DNA of 64,000 nt, taken from the NCBI GenBank assembly GCA_001179505.1, contig CDMY01000158.1:117272-181271 (forward strand). The letters are read 5' to 3'. The notes under the pieces are model-generated. The model saw only the letters and a list, made by a program, of their open reading frames with translations, was not told the origin of the DNA and did not search any database. Below are positions 1-12,266 of this stretch, piece after piece. Positions within the stretch are counted from its first letter, which is position 1. Each line of letters starts with the position of its first letter. A program made the translations under genes and the position numbers. This DNA is from Vitrella brassicaformis CCMP3155. Its lineage: Eukaryota > Protista > Chromerida.

Positions 1-122
1 GTGGAAATGTGAATGAATGTTTGCATTGGTTGTACGAGACCGAGGCTTGTGTGGACACTCTCACGAGTGGGTGAGTCGGTCTTTATTTGTCAACACATGT
101 CAATCTCTTGCACATTGCTGTC

Positions 123-846
123 TCAGTCTTCCTCGGTGTACTCGTCCTGCTGTCCATCCGCTGCTGCTGTCTGTCTCTCAGGCTGGCGGGATTCCTCAGA
201 GATACTCTCCACCTCATCTTCCTCGTTCTTGACCGCTGCTCGCTCTACCTGTGCAGCCCTCTCCTCAGCCTGACACCGACACAGCACACAGATAATCAGC
301 AAGGACATGCCATTGCTCCATCCAGTTGTCTGTCTTACCTCTTGGAGCACAGCTTTGACCTGCTCTTTCCGTTCCTCTTGTTCCATCTGCGACTTGAGCG
401 AAGGCGGGGCATGCTCGTTGCTAATGGCGCCATTCGTCACGTCAACTGGATCATCAGATCCACACACATGACGATTGTTCTGTATCTCTGTGTCATTTGG
501 TGACTCACCCTTTGCTGCTTTGCGAGGACCGTTTCGCTGCCTGAACGATGAGAGCAGCGGTGCGTCTTTGTGTGCTTGCTCAAACTCTTGCTGCTCCTCC
601 TCTTCCTCGGCCCTCTGCTGACTGTCGACCCGCGCAGAATTGACTGATGCACAGAGACACAATCACATCTGTGTGTCTGTCTGTCTGTTTGTGTCTTCAC
701 ACACCTTGTTCCGTTTGCTTGGTGTCTTGTTCCTGTTGCTCCTCCAGCTCGTTCATCTGCTGTTGCTTGTCCTGGGCTGCCTGCTGCATCTCTCGCAGCT
801 CAGCAATTGCCGGGTCCTCCTTATCTCTCTGAACCGAGTGAGACGG
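123..846 (-). CDS. Coiled-coil E/Q-rich hypothetical protein, 3' part only (5' end lost in gap 847-1146), spliced
   Basis: Exon-like minus-strand segments IAELREMQQAAQDKQQQMNELEEQQEQD, SQQRAEEEEEQQEFEQ and AEERAAQVERAAVKNEEDEVE, separated by GT-AG introns with CA/TG repeats; stop at 123-125. Confidence 0.5.
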
Positions 847-1146
847 NNNNNNNNNNNNNNNNNNNNNNNNNNNNNNNNNNNNNNNNNNNNNNNNNNNNNN
901 NNNNNNNNNNNNNNNNNNNNNNNNNNNNNNNNNNNNNNNNNNNNNNNNNNNNNNNNNNNNNNNNNNNNNNNNNNNNNNNNNNNNNNNNNNNNNNNNNNNN
1001 NNNNNNNNNNNNNNNNNNNNNNNNNNNNNNNNNNNNNNNNNNNNNNNNNNNNNNNNNNNNNNNNNNNNNNNNNNNNNNNNNNNNNNNNNNNNNNNNNNNN
1101 NNNNNNNNNNNNNNNNNNNNNNNNNNNNNNNNNNNNNNNNNNNNNN
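847..1146. other. Assembly gap (300 N)
   Basis: Run of N. Confidence 1.
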
Positions 1147-1660
1147 ACTCATGGAGCAGAACGACCAGCTGGACCGCAAGGTCCAGGAGCTGACGGCCGA
1201 CTTCACTGCGGCAGGTGTCCGCAAGGACACTGCGGCTGAGCAGCGGGCGGTGCAGCAGCGCCTCATCGAGAAGCGTCGCAGGCTGGAGGAGGCCATGGCT
1301 GCGTCGTTCGAGCGTCTGGGTGAGCTGGAGCGGCTTGAGGGCGAGAGGCAGCGACAGGCGAGGCAGCAGGAGTACGACGCAGTGACAAAATGCATCATTT
1401 GTATGGATAGAGACAAGTGCATCGCCGTCTTGCCCTGCGGTGAGATGGGAGGGAAAAGGGACGGAATGACACACAGCTTCTTTCTTTGTGTGACTACTTC
1501 TTTCATTGGTTCGCTCAGGTCACGTGTGCCTGTCGAGGTCTTCCGGGACACATTGGTGGCCCACTACGCCGCCGTGACGCCAGACAACGACGAGGAGGAG
1601 GACGACGTCCACCGCGGACGCTGCCCCAAGTGCAGACGCGCCATCAGCAGCTTCACATAG
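1147..1660 (+). CDS. Coiled-coil + C-terminal C3HC4 RING protein, 5' end missing, apparent frameshift inside the RING
   Basis: CIICMDRDKCIAVLPCG, intron 1440-1518, then HVCL; the rest of the RING (RCPKCRRAISSF*) is in another frame. Confidence 0.6.
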
Positions 1661-2158
1661 CGGCTGTACGTCGGCTGAAGCACCGACCGACCGCATAGCA
1701 AGCATCACCACCAGACATGTATGCAATGGACCCCTGGATGCGCATGTGTGTGTATGCATGTAAGCGAGTGTTGACCTTGGTCGATGCTCCGTACGTGTGG
1801 CGTGATCACAGTTTACTTTTCAACCAAATGACATCATCCAGTGGAAGACGAGACAAGAAGTCACTCAGTTTATCGTACACGCAGGCAGGCACACACAAGG
1901 GCAAGTGCAAGGGAAGAGGCAGGGAGACATCTGATCTATACAACGAGAGGCTCACTCATCTCACCGAGTCAGTCAGTCGAGCAGGCAGGCAGGCAGGCAG
2001 ACACGCCACACGGACAAAAACGACAGCTTTCCAGATACTCACTCACACGTACACGCCACATCGATCGACCACGGACCGACACCCCGATTAAAACCATACA
2101 TACACGGCCAGCCCCGCAACAAACAAATAAACAAATCAGCCATCAAATAAATCAGTCA

Positions 2159-5100
2159 TCATATCCTGGGCGGCCGATAGGATCCCCTCTGCCCTCCCTG
2201 TGAGCTGCGCATCGACCCCCACATATCGCCCGGCAGCTCATTCAGGAAGGGCTCCTGCTCGAACGACGCGATCATGGCCTGCGGCTGCGGCGCCCGATGG
2301 AACTCCTCGCCGTGCTCGCTGCCATGCACAGAGTCGCTCGGCGGGGCGGTGGGGAACGTGTTGTCGAAATTGGCGTATTCCGACTGGGGGATGACCACCA
2401 GCGGTCGTCGTGGGATGCAGAGTGAGAAGGGGAAGGTCCTCGCCCAGAAGTAGTAGTTGGGCAGTGCGTCCAGACCCGTCGAGCCGTACACATAGGTCTT
2501 GTACAGAGCTCCGAGGGCACAGTAAGACACAAAGAGGACGACCAAGAGAATGAACGTCGTGACGAGCACGTGAAAGCCAGGGGCGGTGGGGCGGAGGAAG
2601 GGCGGGGCCCCGTGGTGGCCGATGGTCGCTACTTGGTATACCCGCGGAGGCACCGACCCTCGATCGAAGCTGCGCACAGCAGACAGGCATGCATGCAGCA
2701 CATGGCTATGAGAGTGCATCCAGTGCACTTGCTGCTGTCCGCGTACTTCTCATCAGTGACGTACACATTGACGTCATATGCTTCCTTGAGCAGCAGGTCA
2801 GCGGGGAAGAACCCCACCACCTTCTCTGGACCCTTGTTGCCCCTGCCCTTGACCGTCCTGCCCCCCTTAGGCAGGTCGCTCTCCCTCGCATTCATCCACT
2901 GAGCCGACGCCACCTTTCGCCGCAGCGCCTCCTCCACACCACACACGCTGTACAGATGGATGCCGCTCTTGGACGCACTCTGGGGCGCAAAGATGAGGTG
3001 GTGACGCAGAGACTTGGACGTCATGGATGCGGGCTTGATGGCGATAGGCACCACACGCGTGCCTCTGGCAGGGTCCATGAATGAGTAGGGGAAGATCTCC
3101 AGCGAGAGGACGTCTGGCAGCTGAATGATGGATGTGGGTGGGGGTGACGGGGCCGACGAGTCGTCGAGGGAGAAGGCGATCTGGTAGAGGGCGGGGTGGT
3201 GGAAATAGGACCGCCGATGGCTGGAGGGCAGGAAACCCCGGCGGGTCTCCTGCGGCATGTCTATGTTCACCACCTCGGCGTACAGACGCTGCATACACAG
3301 ACACACTCGCAAAGCACGCATCACCACCGCCTTCCCTCTTACCGCGATCTGTGGCTCATCCTGTAGCCCTCTCGTCTCGTTGCCCCTCTCCGACAGCGAC
3401 CTCACATAATCCTCATCGTGGGGGTAGGGAATGGGCAGCTTCACGTCCCTATTGGGCTGGCCGTTCATCCACAGGGGTGGCGACGGGCTGTACCAGTTCA
3501 GCCCGCCACGTGTGGACGCGAGGGCCAGGCCGACCGAGCCGTAGCACTGTGTGACGGTGATGTGTCCGATGCCCTGTGAGGACGGCGGGGGCGGGTGTGA
3601 GGGGAGGGGCACACGCAGCTGGTATGTGGTCGACTGCACGTCGAGGTAGGCGATGTCGTGAGGGTCCTCGTTGGGCGGCAGCTGACCCTCCTTGACAGTG
3701 TCCACCTCTAGCCGCTGGGCACGGGTGCCTGACACAGAAGGAGGTCATACGTGTTGCCGTGTGCAGCAGATGTGATCTAATTGCGCATGTCGATGACGGA
3801 CCAGCGTTGGCGGTGATGGTGTAGTTGAGCTGATGTGGTGTGTCCACTTGCAGGTACAGCCAGAAGGGCCCCTTGGCCCCACCGCCCTTGGCCTGCACCA
3901 GTCTCTCCACCGGTACGCTCATCAGCAGATCCCGCGGGCTCTCAGCAGCCGCCTCGCCCCTCACCAGATCAACACGATCAGACGACACCCCACCGCCCAC
4001 AGTCACCTTGTCAAGCCCCCCGTTTGTCGCCGTCAATTGAATCTGCACAGCTGGCCCGGTTCCCCTGCTCTTTGCTGGCCGGTTTGCTGCGCGTTGGATC
4101 AGTGAGGGTGGTATCCAGAAGCGCAGGAGTCGTGACGATGCGGGTGAGAGGAAGTCGGAGAAGGTCTGGCCGTCGACGAGTGTGAAGGGGTTGGCGAGCG
4201 CCGCTGTGATGGCGTAGACGTTGCTGATCCACTTGCCCACAATCACCACATAGAAGACACCTCCTTTCGGGGCGGCGGAGGGCGGGATGTCAATCATGAT
4301 GGGCGAACTCATTCCACCCCATGCCTTGTAATGACATCGTGGGTCATTTGGCTTGATAGGGGAGATCGTTGGGGCGGTGACGCCCTTGGACGGGTCGCCG
4401 CGCCATATGGGGTGCTCCGTCCGCCACATGCACAGCTCCACGCTACCCGCCTGAACCAGACAAACAAGACACATGACACTTGAGTGGCGACAGGACCTCT
4501 CATCTGCCATCCGTGTCGGCCGTGGCTGACCTCGACGTGTGTGCGTAGGGCCACTCCTCGTTCTGGCATGGACTGCACCACAAGCTCGTATACACGCTGG
4601 TCGTTCTCTGAAGGAGACACGCACACACAGCAAGATAGATGTCTCAATGTGTCCGTCTGTGTGTGTGTTTGGCATACATACCTGTGACGGCCCCCTGGAG
4701 CGGCAGTCCGTCCCACAGCTGTGATGTAGAGTGGCCCCAGTTGACCGTCACCAGATAGGACGAGGACCCCCCAGCCGGCACACCGGTGCTGTCGGAGCTC
4801 GACTCGTCACACGTGATGCCGATGTACAGCCAACCTGATATGACAGACGTGATTGATTGACACACAGGCGATAGATACGGTACACATGCTCCACTTAGGC
4901 ACGGCACGTACCGAATGAGAACGAGGGGCTGGTTGACGAGATGACGATTTGGTCGCCTCCCTCCAGCTCGCCCATCCACGAGTGGTGGTGGGGGTCACGG
5001 TCGGGGTAGGGGGAACTCGCTGAAACATGACAGAAAGACAGACACACACAGATGTGGGATGGATGGACATCATGGCTTCATGTGCTCGCAATATGATGAC

Positions 5101-8029
5101 TGACCGTTTGAGACGAAGACGTCAGGGTCGCCGCTGATGGGTACGACACTGACCTGGAGCTGCACTGTCTCGTGTCTGTTGACGGGCTCCGGCACATACA
5201 CCTTGTACCGATCGTAGTGGTGCGCACGGGTCTGGCCACTCACAGTCGCACCTTGCACACAACCCACATCCATCCGACAAGACCAAAACTGGTCCATTGG
5301 CACACCCATCCCCTTCTGCCTCTCCCCCTACCGTTTTGAAGTTCCACCACGGTGTCCTCAGCCCTCGCCGTGATGGAGAACTTGTTCATCGTCTCCTGGC
5401 GGCCGGGGGAGGCAGGCACCACCATCACATACAGGGTGGGATTGTCGTCAGCTGGTGTGCTCCTCAGCGCGTCCTGGTAGACAGGGTGCGTGGCGTTGAG
5501 CACCAGCATGCCGCCCGTGACGACCGGTGTGGTGAGGGAGCTGTCGGCGGGGAAGTCGCTGCGGGATGACACTCGGTAGACCACGGCGCCCTCTGTGGAC
5601 GTGACGGCGAAGAGGATGTTGGGCCTGGCGCCGGCACTTGTTGCTGTGTGGTTGTCTGGTGCTGCTGGTATGCGGTAGAGGAATATTTGTTTGCTGTCGG
5701 GGTGGTTGGCGACGGACTGGATGGCGTTGCGGCCCTCCACCAGGTTCATCCACGCAGCGGACGTCGTCACCGTCACCTGGAAACGGGCATCCTGCAGCCA
5801 TACACACACACAGGCGGAGAGAAAGGTCGGATGCACAACCCGTGTGTGTGCGTGTCTGTCTTTTTGTGGGCATCGATGCGGTGGCTCACCCACCTCTGTT
5901 GAGTTTTGTGCGGCGAATGCGAAGAGTGTGATGTAGATGAAGCATGGCGGGGTGATGAGGTGCATCATGTCTGACGCCGCCGCATGCTCATCCACTGTGG
6001 TGGCCTGCAGCGACACACGCGACGCTGCATTGGGCGTCTTCCACCTGTAACCAACAGCAACAAGACAAAACAAACCCCAAATGCGACAGACAGCCGAGCG
6101 CTCTCCCCCCCTGTCCCGCCCACTCACGCATATTGTCTGGGGTCGCTGGAGTGGTACTCCGTGTCAGCGGCCATGACGACCACCCCGTTGTACGACTCAG
6201 CGGCCATCATGACGTCGACCCCCCGGTGTGCCACATAGAACTGGAAGTCCAGCCACTGTGATGTGTCCTGGGCGTTGGTGCCCACGGGGATGAGGCCCGT
6301 GTAGGGGTGTGCGTCCAGCAGCGTGATGACGTTGGTGGCGCTAGTGGCGGTGAGGGTGAAGTAGGTCTGGCTGCGGTCGTTCCGCCGCGAGGTCAGGCCA
6401 ACAAACAGCTGCCGGTCGCCCGTGTCAGGAATCTCGTTGCCTGGTGGACGCATACACACACGTGGTTGGTTATTCATTCTCTCTCTCTCTGGGTGGTCTG
6501 TCTCCACTTGCCATTGATGAGTAGGACATTGCTGTCGTGTCCCATGGCCTTGAGGCTGTCGAACTGGCAGTCGGCTGTGGTGGGCCCCGGTTTGTCGAAG
6601 GATGCCACCAGGCGCACATCGTCCAGACGGGACGTGACCGCTGTCACCGTCAGGCCGGTGCGGTTGTTCACCAACAATCTGAAGTACTTGTATTCGCTGT
6701 CCTTGGCTGTGATGCGGCCGGCGGTGGGCACGCCCTGGGGCAGCCACAGAGAGGTGTCGCTGTCACGCCGGGCCAGCACCACCGACACAACGCCCTCCAC
6801 CAAACTCGGAGAGGAACCATCACCTGCACACGTCACACACAGACAGACAGGGCGATGAAAGGGGCATGGCATGTGCGTGCGGACTGGCTGTGTGCTCACT
6901 TTTCATGTTCATGTCGACTTTGATGCATATGGGTCTGACGGTCTTGTCGTCGATGTCGACAGAGGGGATCTTGTGCACCGTGGCGTGATCCAGCTCGAGG
7001 AACTCCGCACCCTTGACGCTAGACTCAACCAGCACGCTGCCCTGGCAGTCCTGTGCGCCGATGAGGCTGACGGAAGGGTCGCCTTCGATGGGCGTCACGA
7101 TCACCTGATAGCTGTTCATGTCGTCCTTAGGCAAATCATACCTTCATGAATCATGCAACACACACACAGCCACAACCAGTGAACCACTTACACGTCCACC
7201 ACACGACACGTGTACCTGAATGTGGTGGAAGCGATCTTGGTGGCAGGGTCCTCGTCCAGCCGTGTCAGGTTGCGCAGGGAGGGGTAGTTGGGCCCATACA
7301 GATAAAAGGCGTCTGACGCGTCGCTCTTGGGGCCCACACCAGACACTTGCGCGGTGATCAGAAAGTCACAGCCTGCAATGCATGTGGGACACACACACGA
7401 GCAGACAGACATGCAACAGCAGTGAGTGCACCGACCAATCCCCACCTGCCGACTGGCCTACCTTGTTCAGAGAAGGTGCGGACGCAGAGAAACAGCTGGT
7501 CCCCCTCCGGTTTGAGCTGCTCACGATACAGCTGGAAGCCACCCGCTGGACCGGAGGCCTGCAGGACAGGAAGGAGAAACACACACATAGTTCGTGTGCT
7601 AATCTGCTGCATCCCCAGGTCTGGTCTGCATGGCATGGATGCATCAACCAAACAGCACACGCCCGACGCACCTCCAGTGCCTCTTGCTTCTGAAATCCGA
7701 CTGTGAGGGCCGGGTCGCCACCCAGAGCTACAACCGACGCAGACACGGCCACTGAACACACACAACACAACACAGAACAACCAACCAGCTAGATGGCCGG
7801 CCGATGGGTCGCCGCCTGCCCATATAATCCCCCTCACGTAAGTACCCTTGTAAGGCACATGGTCGGGGAATGCCTCCTTGAGGTCCAGGGTGAAGCATTG
7901 GGTTGCATACTGCGGCAGGTTCTCATAGTATTTGGGCACGCCAGCAAAGATGGACACATCCTCACCCCGATACACACAGAGGGCGAGAGGCAAGATCAGC
8001 AGCAACAGCGATAGGACGCCAGCCATCAT
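2159..8029 (-). CDS. Large multi-exon type I membrane protein: signal peptide, repeated beta-sandwich (PPC-like GDPxxxV) modules, TM helix and M6PR/ATG27-like cytosolic tail
   Basis: N-terminus MMAGVLSLLLLILPLALC; recurring VVALGGDPALTV, VTPIEGDPSVSL, VVPISGDPDVFVS; TM VLVTTFILLVVLFVSYCALGALY followed by YGSTGLDALPNYYFW; tail YANF and EQEPFL. Confidence 0.7.
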
Positions 8030-8950
8030 GGAAAAAGATGAATGCATCGCCTCCGGTCCGCAGAAGGCCGCGGTGTAGCACTCGCGTCTCGACACTCAAG
8101 GATGTGGACGGCACGGGCTGCTCGGGTGCACAAGCCTTCGTCAGACGATGAGCTGGAGACAGTGTTGGCAGTCAATACATGCTTAGTGTCCCATCAGGCC
8201 ATAATGGCAGAGCTCTATCACGGCCAAACGGGGAGGGGCGCGACGGGGAGATCTGCACTCAAAAGCTCGCAGCGGTTTAGGGCGTGTTGCGTGTCCGGGT
8301 TGCATGTTAGGGTGCCTGTTTCATGTTGGACAGACCGACAGGGGACTTGGCCGTCAGGCCACCTAGGGTGCTCCCTGAAACCGCTGCTTTAGGGCGGGGC
8401 CCGCCTTTCACCACCGCCAGAATGAATGACTGGCACTTCTAGTGATACAATTCATTGTACAGGAGCCATGTGAATGACTCATGCATGCAATAACATGCAT
8501 ATGCGTCGTTGACAACGTCCTGCATAGAGAAAGCTCTCCTACAGTACGGCAGAGACGTGCAGACAACTAACACGCGACCATGTCAGTCACATTATCGTCA
8601 CACAATCATCGACACTGAACGAAGCCGGCTGGAGAAAAAAGGCAGGAGCTCTGCAGATGCGGCTCCAGGAGAACATGCACAGCACGGCTGCTATACGTAT
8701 AACACGTACCATCCATGCAGTCGCCATGGGCGACAAACCAGCGACATACACACATGCTGGCCGGAAAACTCACGTACGTATGTGCCGTCACCCGTTCCTC
8801 CTGCCCACTGCGGCAGCCAAATCAGTCAGCAATCACTCATCCAGGCACGCAATTCTCAACTCAGCCACCGACCAAAAACAAAACAAAAAGATGACCGACA
8901 ACGAGAGTCCCGCCGAGCACAAAGGTGTATCCTTGGTTGCTTCGTTGATT

Positions 8951-9964
8951 CTATGAGTTCCTGCTGTGGCACTCCCTCTTGACGGTTGGGATGAGGCTGT
9001 TGACGGACTGCTGCAGGTTGTCCTGGTCGCTTAGGATGACCCGCTTGTTCTTGTCGTCCAGAGAACCCACTATCGCCAAAGACACCACACGCGACATGTC
9101 GAACTCGGGGATGTCCTTGTGGATCGTCTGACGGCCGCCCTGGAAGTTCTTCTCGACCAAAAAACCCATACCAATCACCTCAGCCCCTGAACCACACCAT
9201 CACACACATTCCACGTGTCTGTCATGTGTGCCATCGATCCCTCCCTCCCCCGCTCCCTCTCTGTCTGACCGGCTTGTTTGCACATGCTGTGGAGTGCCTC
9301 GGCTGTGGTGCCGCTAGCAAGGAAGTCATCGACGATGAGGATCTTGTCGTTGGACTGGATGAACTCTGCCGCCGCATACAGCACAATGTCCTTGTTCTTG
9401 GTGTAGCTGCGGGACCTCGCCTCCAGCACGCTGTGGCCACTCAGGGTGATCGGCTTCTGCAACAGACAAACACACACACACACACACGCATATGAACGAA
9501 TGAATGGCAGTGTTGTGGCTCCTCGACCTGTGAGGGTCGCGACTGACTGACATGATCCTTACGCTTTCTCTTGCGAAGACGTACGGCACGCCCAGGTGGA
9601 ACGCAGTCGCTTGAGCTGATCGGCCCACAAACCCACAAAACAACAAAGACAACACATCAACGAAACGAATGCCCACGGTGCATCTCCACCGCGCGATGTG
9701 CCCACCTGGCGCCACGCCACTCGTCTGTGCTGTCAGCACCTTCGTAGGACCGTACTGCGTGAAGTGATCAGCCAACGCCTGACAGCACAGCAGGAGTATG
9801 TCATTCATTCTCTGGGTGGCCTTGTGACCGATTCATTGCCTCACCTTTCCACACGAGTCCATGAGCAGGGGGTCAACTTGATGGTTTATGAACGAGTTGA
9901 CCTTCAGGATGTTGGAGGACAGCACCACACCATCCTGCAGAATGCGCTTCTGAAGCTCCTCCAT
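8951..9964 (-). CDS. xpt: Xanthine phosphoribosyltransferase, Bacillus Xpt-type, 5 exons
   Basis: Spliced product [35 protein letters not shown]...TAQTSGVAP...LGVPYVFAR...[15 protein letters not shown]...[15 protein letters not shown]...RVVSLA is collinear with B. subtilis Xpt as recalled ([40 protein letters not shown]); four GT-AG introns. Confidence 0.92.
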
Positions 9965-10209
9965 TTCTGTATATATCTCCTGGCGAAGAAACTGTCGAAC
10001 AATCAATGTGGATCAATGATCTCTCCTCGGCCTGCTCGTCATCCTTGGCGACAGCGTCTCTGTGCCCCCGTATAATGCGTTACACGGACTGGCCCTAGCC
10101 CGTTGTGCGCAGGGTTCCAGAAAAAACTTCGAAAGAGAACAGTTCTCCACCTCGACCGTTACCTTACAGTCGAAGATCCAGGCCGGGTAGACTGCCGGGA
10201 GCCGTCACG

Positions 10210-11310
10210 ATGGTGGAGAACCTCAGCAACCAGCAGCTGTTTGACCTCGTCAAGTGAGCACACCAGCAGCGGACGGGATCTGAACACACCGACATCCTCT
10301 GCTCCTTTGGTGGTATCATACTGTGTGTTTAGGAAAGTGATGGACAATAACGAGAATGAGAACCTGACGCCCAAGCTGGTGCGGCGCTACATGGAGCAGG
10401 AGATGAGTCTGCCCGAGCACGCCATGGACGTGAGGAAAGACGAGATCCGCCAGCTCATCGACAAGTTCGTCGGGCCAGCCGACGCTGACGCAGACATGGA
10501 GGGCGGCGGGTCGCCCCACGACTCGGGCGAGGCGGCGAGGGCGAGCGGCCCGGTGGCGAACGGCGTCACGAAGGAGAGCGGTGAGGATGAGGACGATAAG
10601 GACAAAGAAGAGGATGCCGACGAGGATGAGGACTATGACGAGGATGAGGATGACGGTGGCAGCAAGAAGCGGCGCAAGACCAGCAGGGCCAAGCCTGCCG
10701 CATCCAAGAAGCGCAAGACCTCGGCACCCAGGGGAGGACGGACCAGCGTCAAAGCGCAGCAGAGTAAGCGCAGGCAAGGAAGGAGGGAGGGAGGGAGGGA
10801 AGGACGGTGCTGCTCATCAATTGAACTCTATCGGTGCGCGTGTGCTTGTGCCAGTGAGGTTGATGACGAAGGCGTATTTCGACCAGAACGCGGCGCCTCT
10901 CAAGATGAAGATCGGGCCGCACGAGGAGTCGCTGAGCATCAAGACCTTCAAGTCGGGATCCAGAGGCTGGTACGCCAACAACGCAACACAACACACCACG
11001 ACACACCACAACGCACCGTACACATGTGCTGCTGCGGGTGTGGGTGTGGGTGTGTTGTGTGTAGGTATATCAACAAGAAGCTGCCCATCGACATCGGGGG
11101 CCACCAGGGCGTCACCTGCCAAGCCAACTGCATCATCACCGGTGCGCACACTCACACACGGGCAGCAACTCACACCCATCTCGCGGACCCATACGTTTTC
11201 CCTCGTGTGTGTGTCTCTCGTGTGTCGTGTGTCCAGTGGTGGGGTCTCAGCAGTGGAAGGAGGGGGGCAAGGTGGACGACGACGATGACGACGACGAGGA
11301 GGAGGACTAA
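10210..11310 (+). CDS. DEK-C domain chromatin-type protein with acidic/basic linker and a small C-terminal beta domain (GSRGWY...VVGS motif), 5 exons
   Basis: Spliced MVENLSNQQLFDLVKKVMDNNENENLTPKLVRRYMEQEMSL...RKDEIRQLIDKF fits the DEK-C pattern; D/E tract; KKRRK and KKRK NLS-like motifs; C-terminal KTFKSGSRGWYINKK...CQANCIITVVGSQQW, poly-D, stop at 11308-11310. Confidence 0.75.
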
Positions 11311-12109
11311 GCTGACGGGCAGGGGCGATGTTGCCCCGGGTGGGTTTAATTCGACTGGGTGGGTGGGTGGGCGGGCGTGGGGTAGATGAGTCGACGACAT
11401 AGTGATTCATTCGACGGGAGGTGTTCTTGACTGTCAATGCAATGCCCCTGGCAAGCCAAGCCCCCCATACAGATCAGATAGAGTGGCCTATCCATTCCAT
11501 CCCTGCAGCACTGGCTTTCCATCCTTCCCACCCCCTCCCCCTCTCTCCTGGCCTGCCCGTTTCTTGGCTCTTCTCTGTCTTCTGATGGCTGCCTGATGTA
11601 GAGTGAGTGATGCGCTATGCGACCGCCGGGTGTGTGAAGTGACCTGTAGCTATCCAGCCAGCCAGCCAGCCAGCCAGCCCTCCGGCACATGTGCGGTGGC
11701 GTGAGGGGCAAGCGAGCCTGTGCGATGGTCTGTGGATTTTTGCCCCTATGGCGAGATGATGGGACTGATTGGATGGATGGATGGATGAATATCGGTGTGC
11801 AGCGCTTCCTTACTGACACGACACAAACGACCGCTTTTGCTCGCTCGGCTGGTGGGGACTGACTGACTGAGTGAGGTGACGCTGATCACATCAGGGCTGC
11901 CAACTGGACAGTCTGGATGTGGTAGGTAGTGCAACTGGGCGATCTCTTGCAGCAGAGTGGAAAAGGATTGACAGGGTGCTGTCTTGCAGACCTCGTTCAC
12001 TTCGTTGGCCATGTCAATCGGTGCACCAACTTATTATTGCCGTGAATGCACTGTGGTCTCATGAACAAGGCAGGCACACATCTTTGTCTGTCCGACAATC
12101 GGCAGCTTG

Positions 12110-12228
12110 CTACAAGTCATCCAGAGCGTCTTGCACACGATTCAGCAGCGGCGCCGCACAGCCACCCCTGACAAGGAACACACCCAAACACACATGCAAC
12201 ATGGCCCACGACACCTGACGCGAGACAC

Positions 12229-12266
<38 letters not shown>

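Noticed and set aside
640-1551. ORFs spanning the first gap
   Set aside because: They are only open because N codons contain no stops.
8482-8489. TGCATGCA, a known ApiAP2-type motif
   Set aside because: The same word also occurs in introns and coding sequence here; a single hit is not informative.
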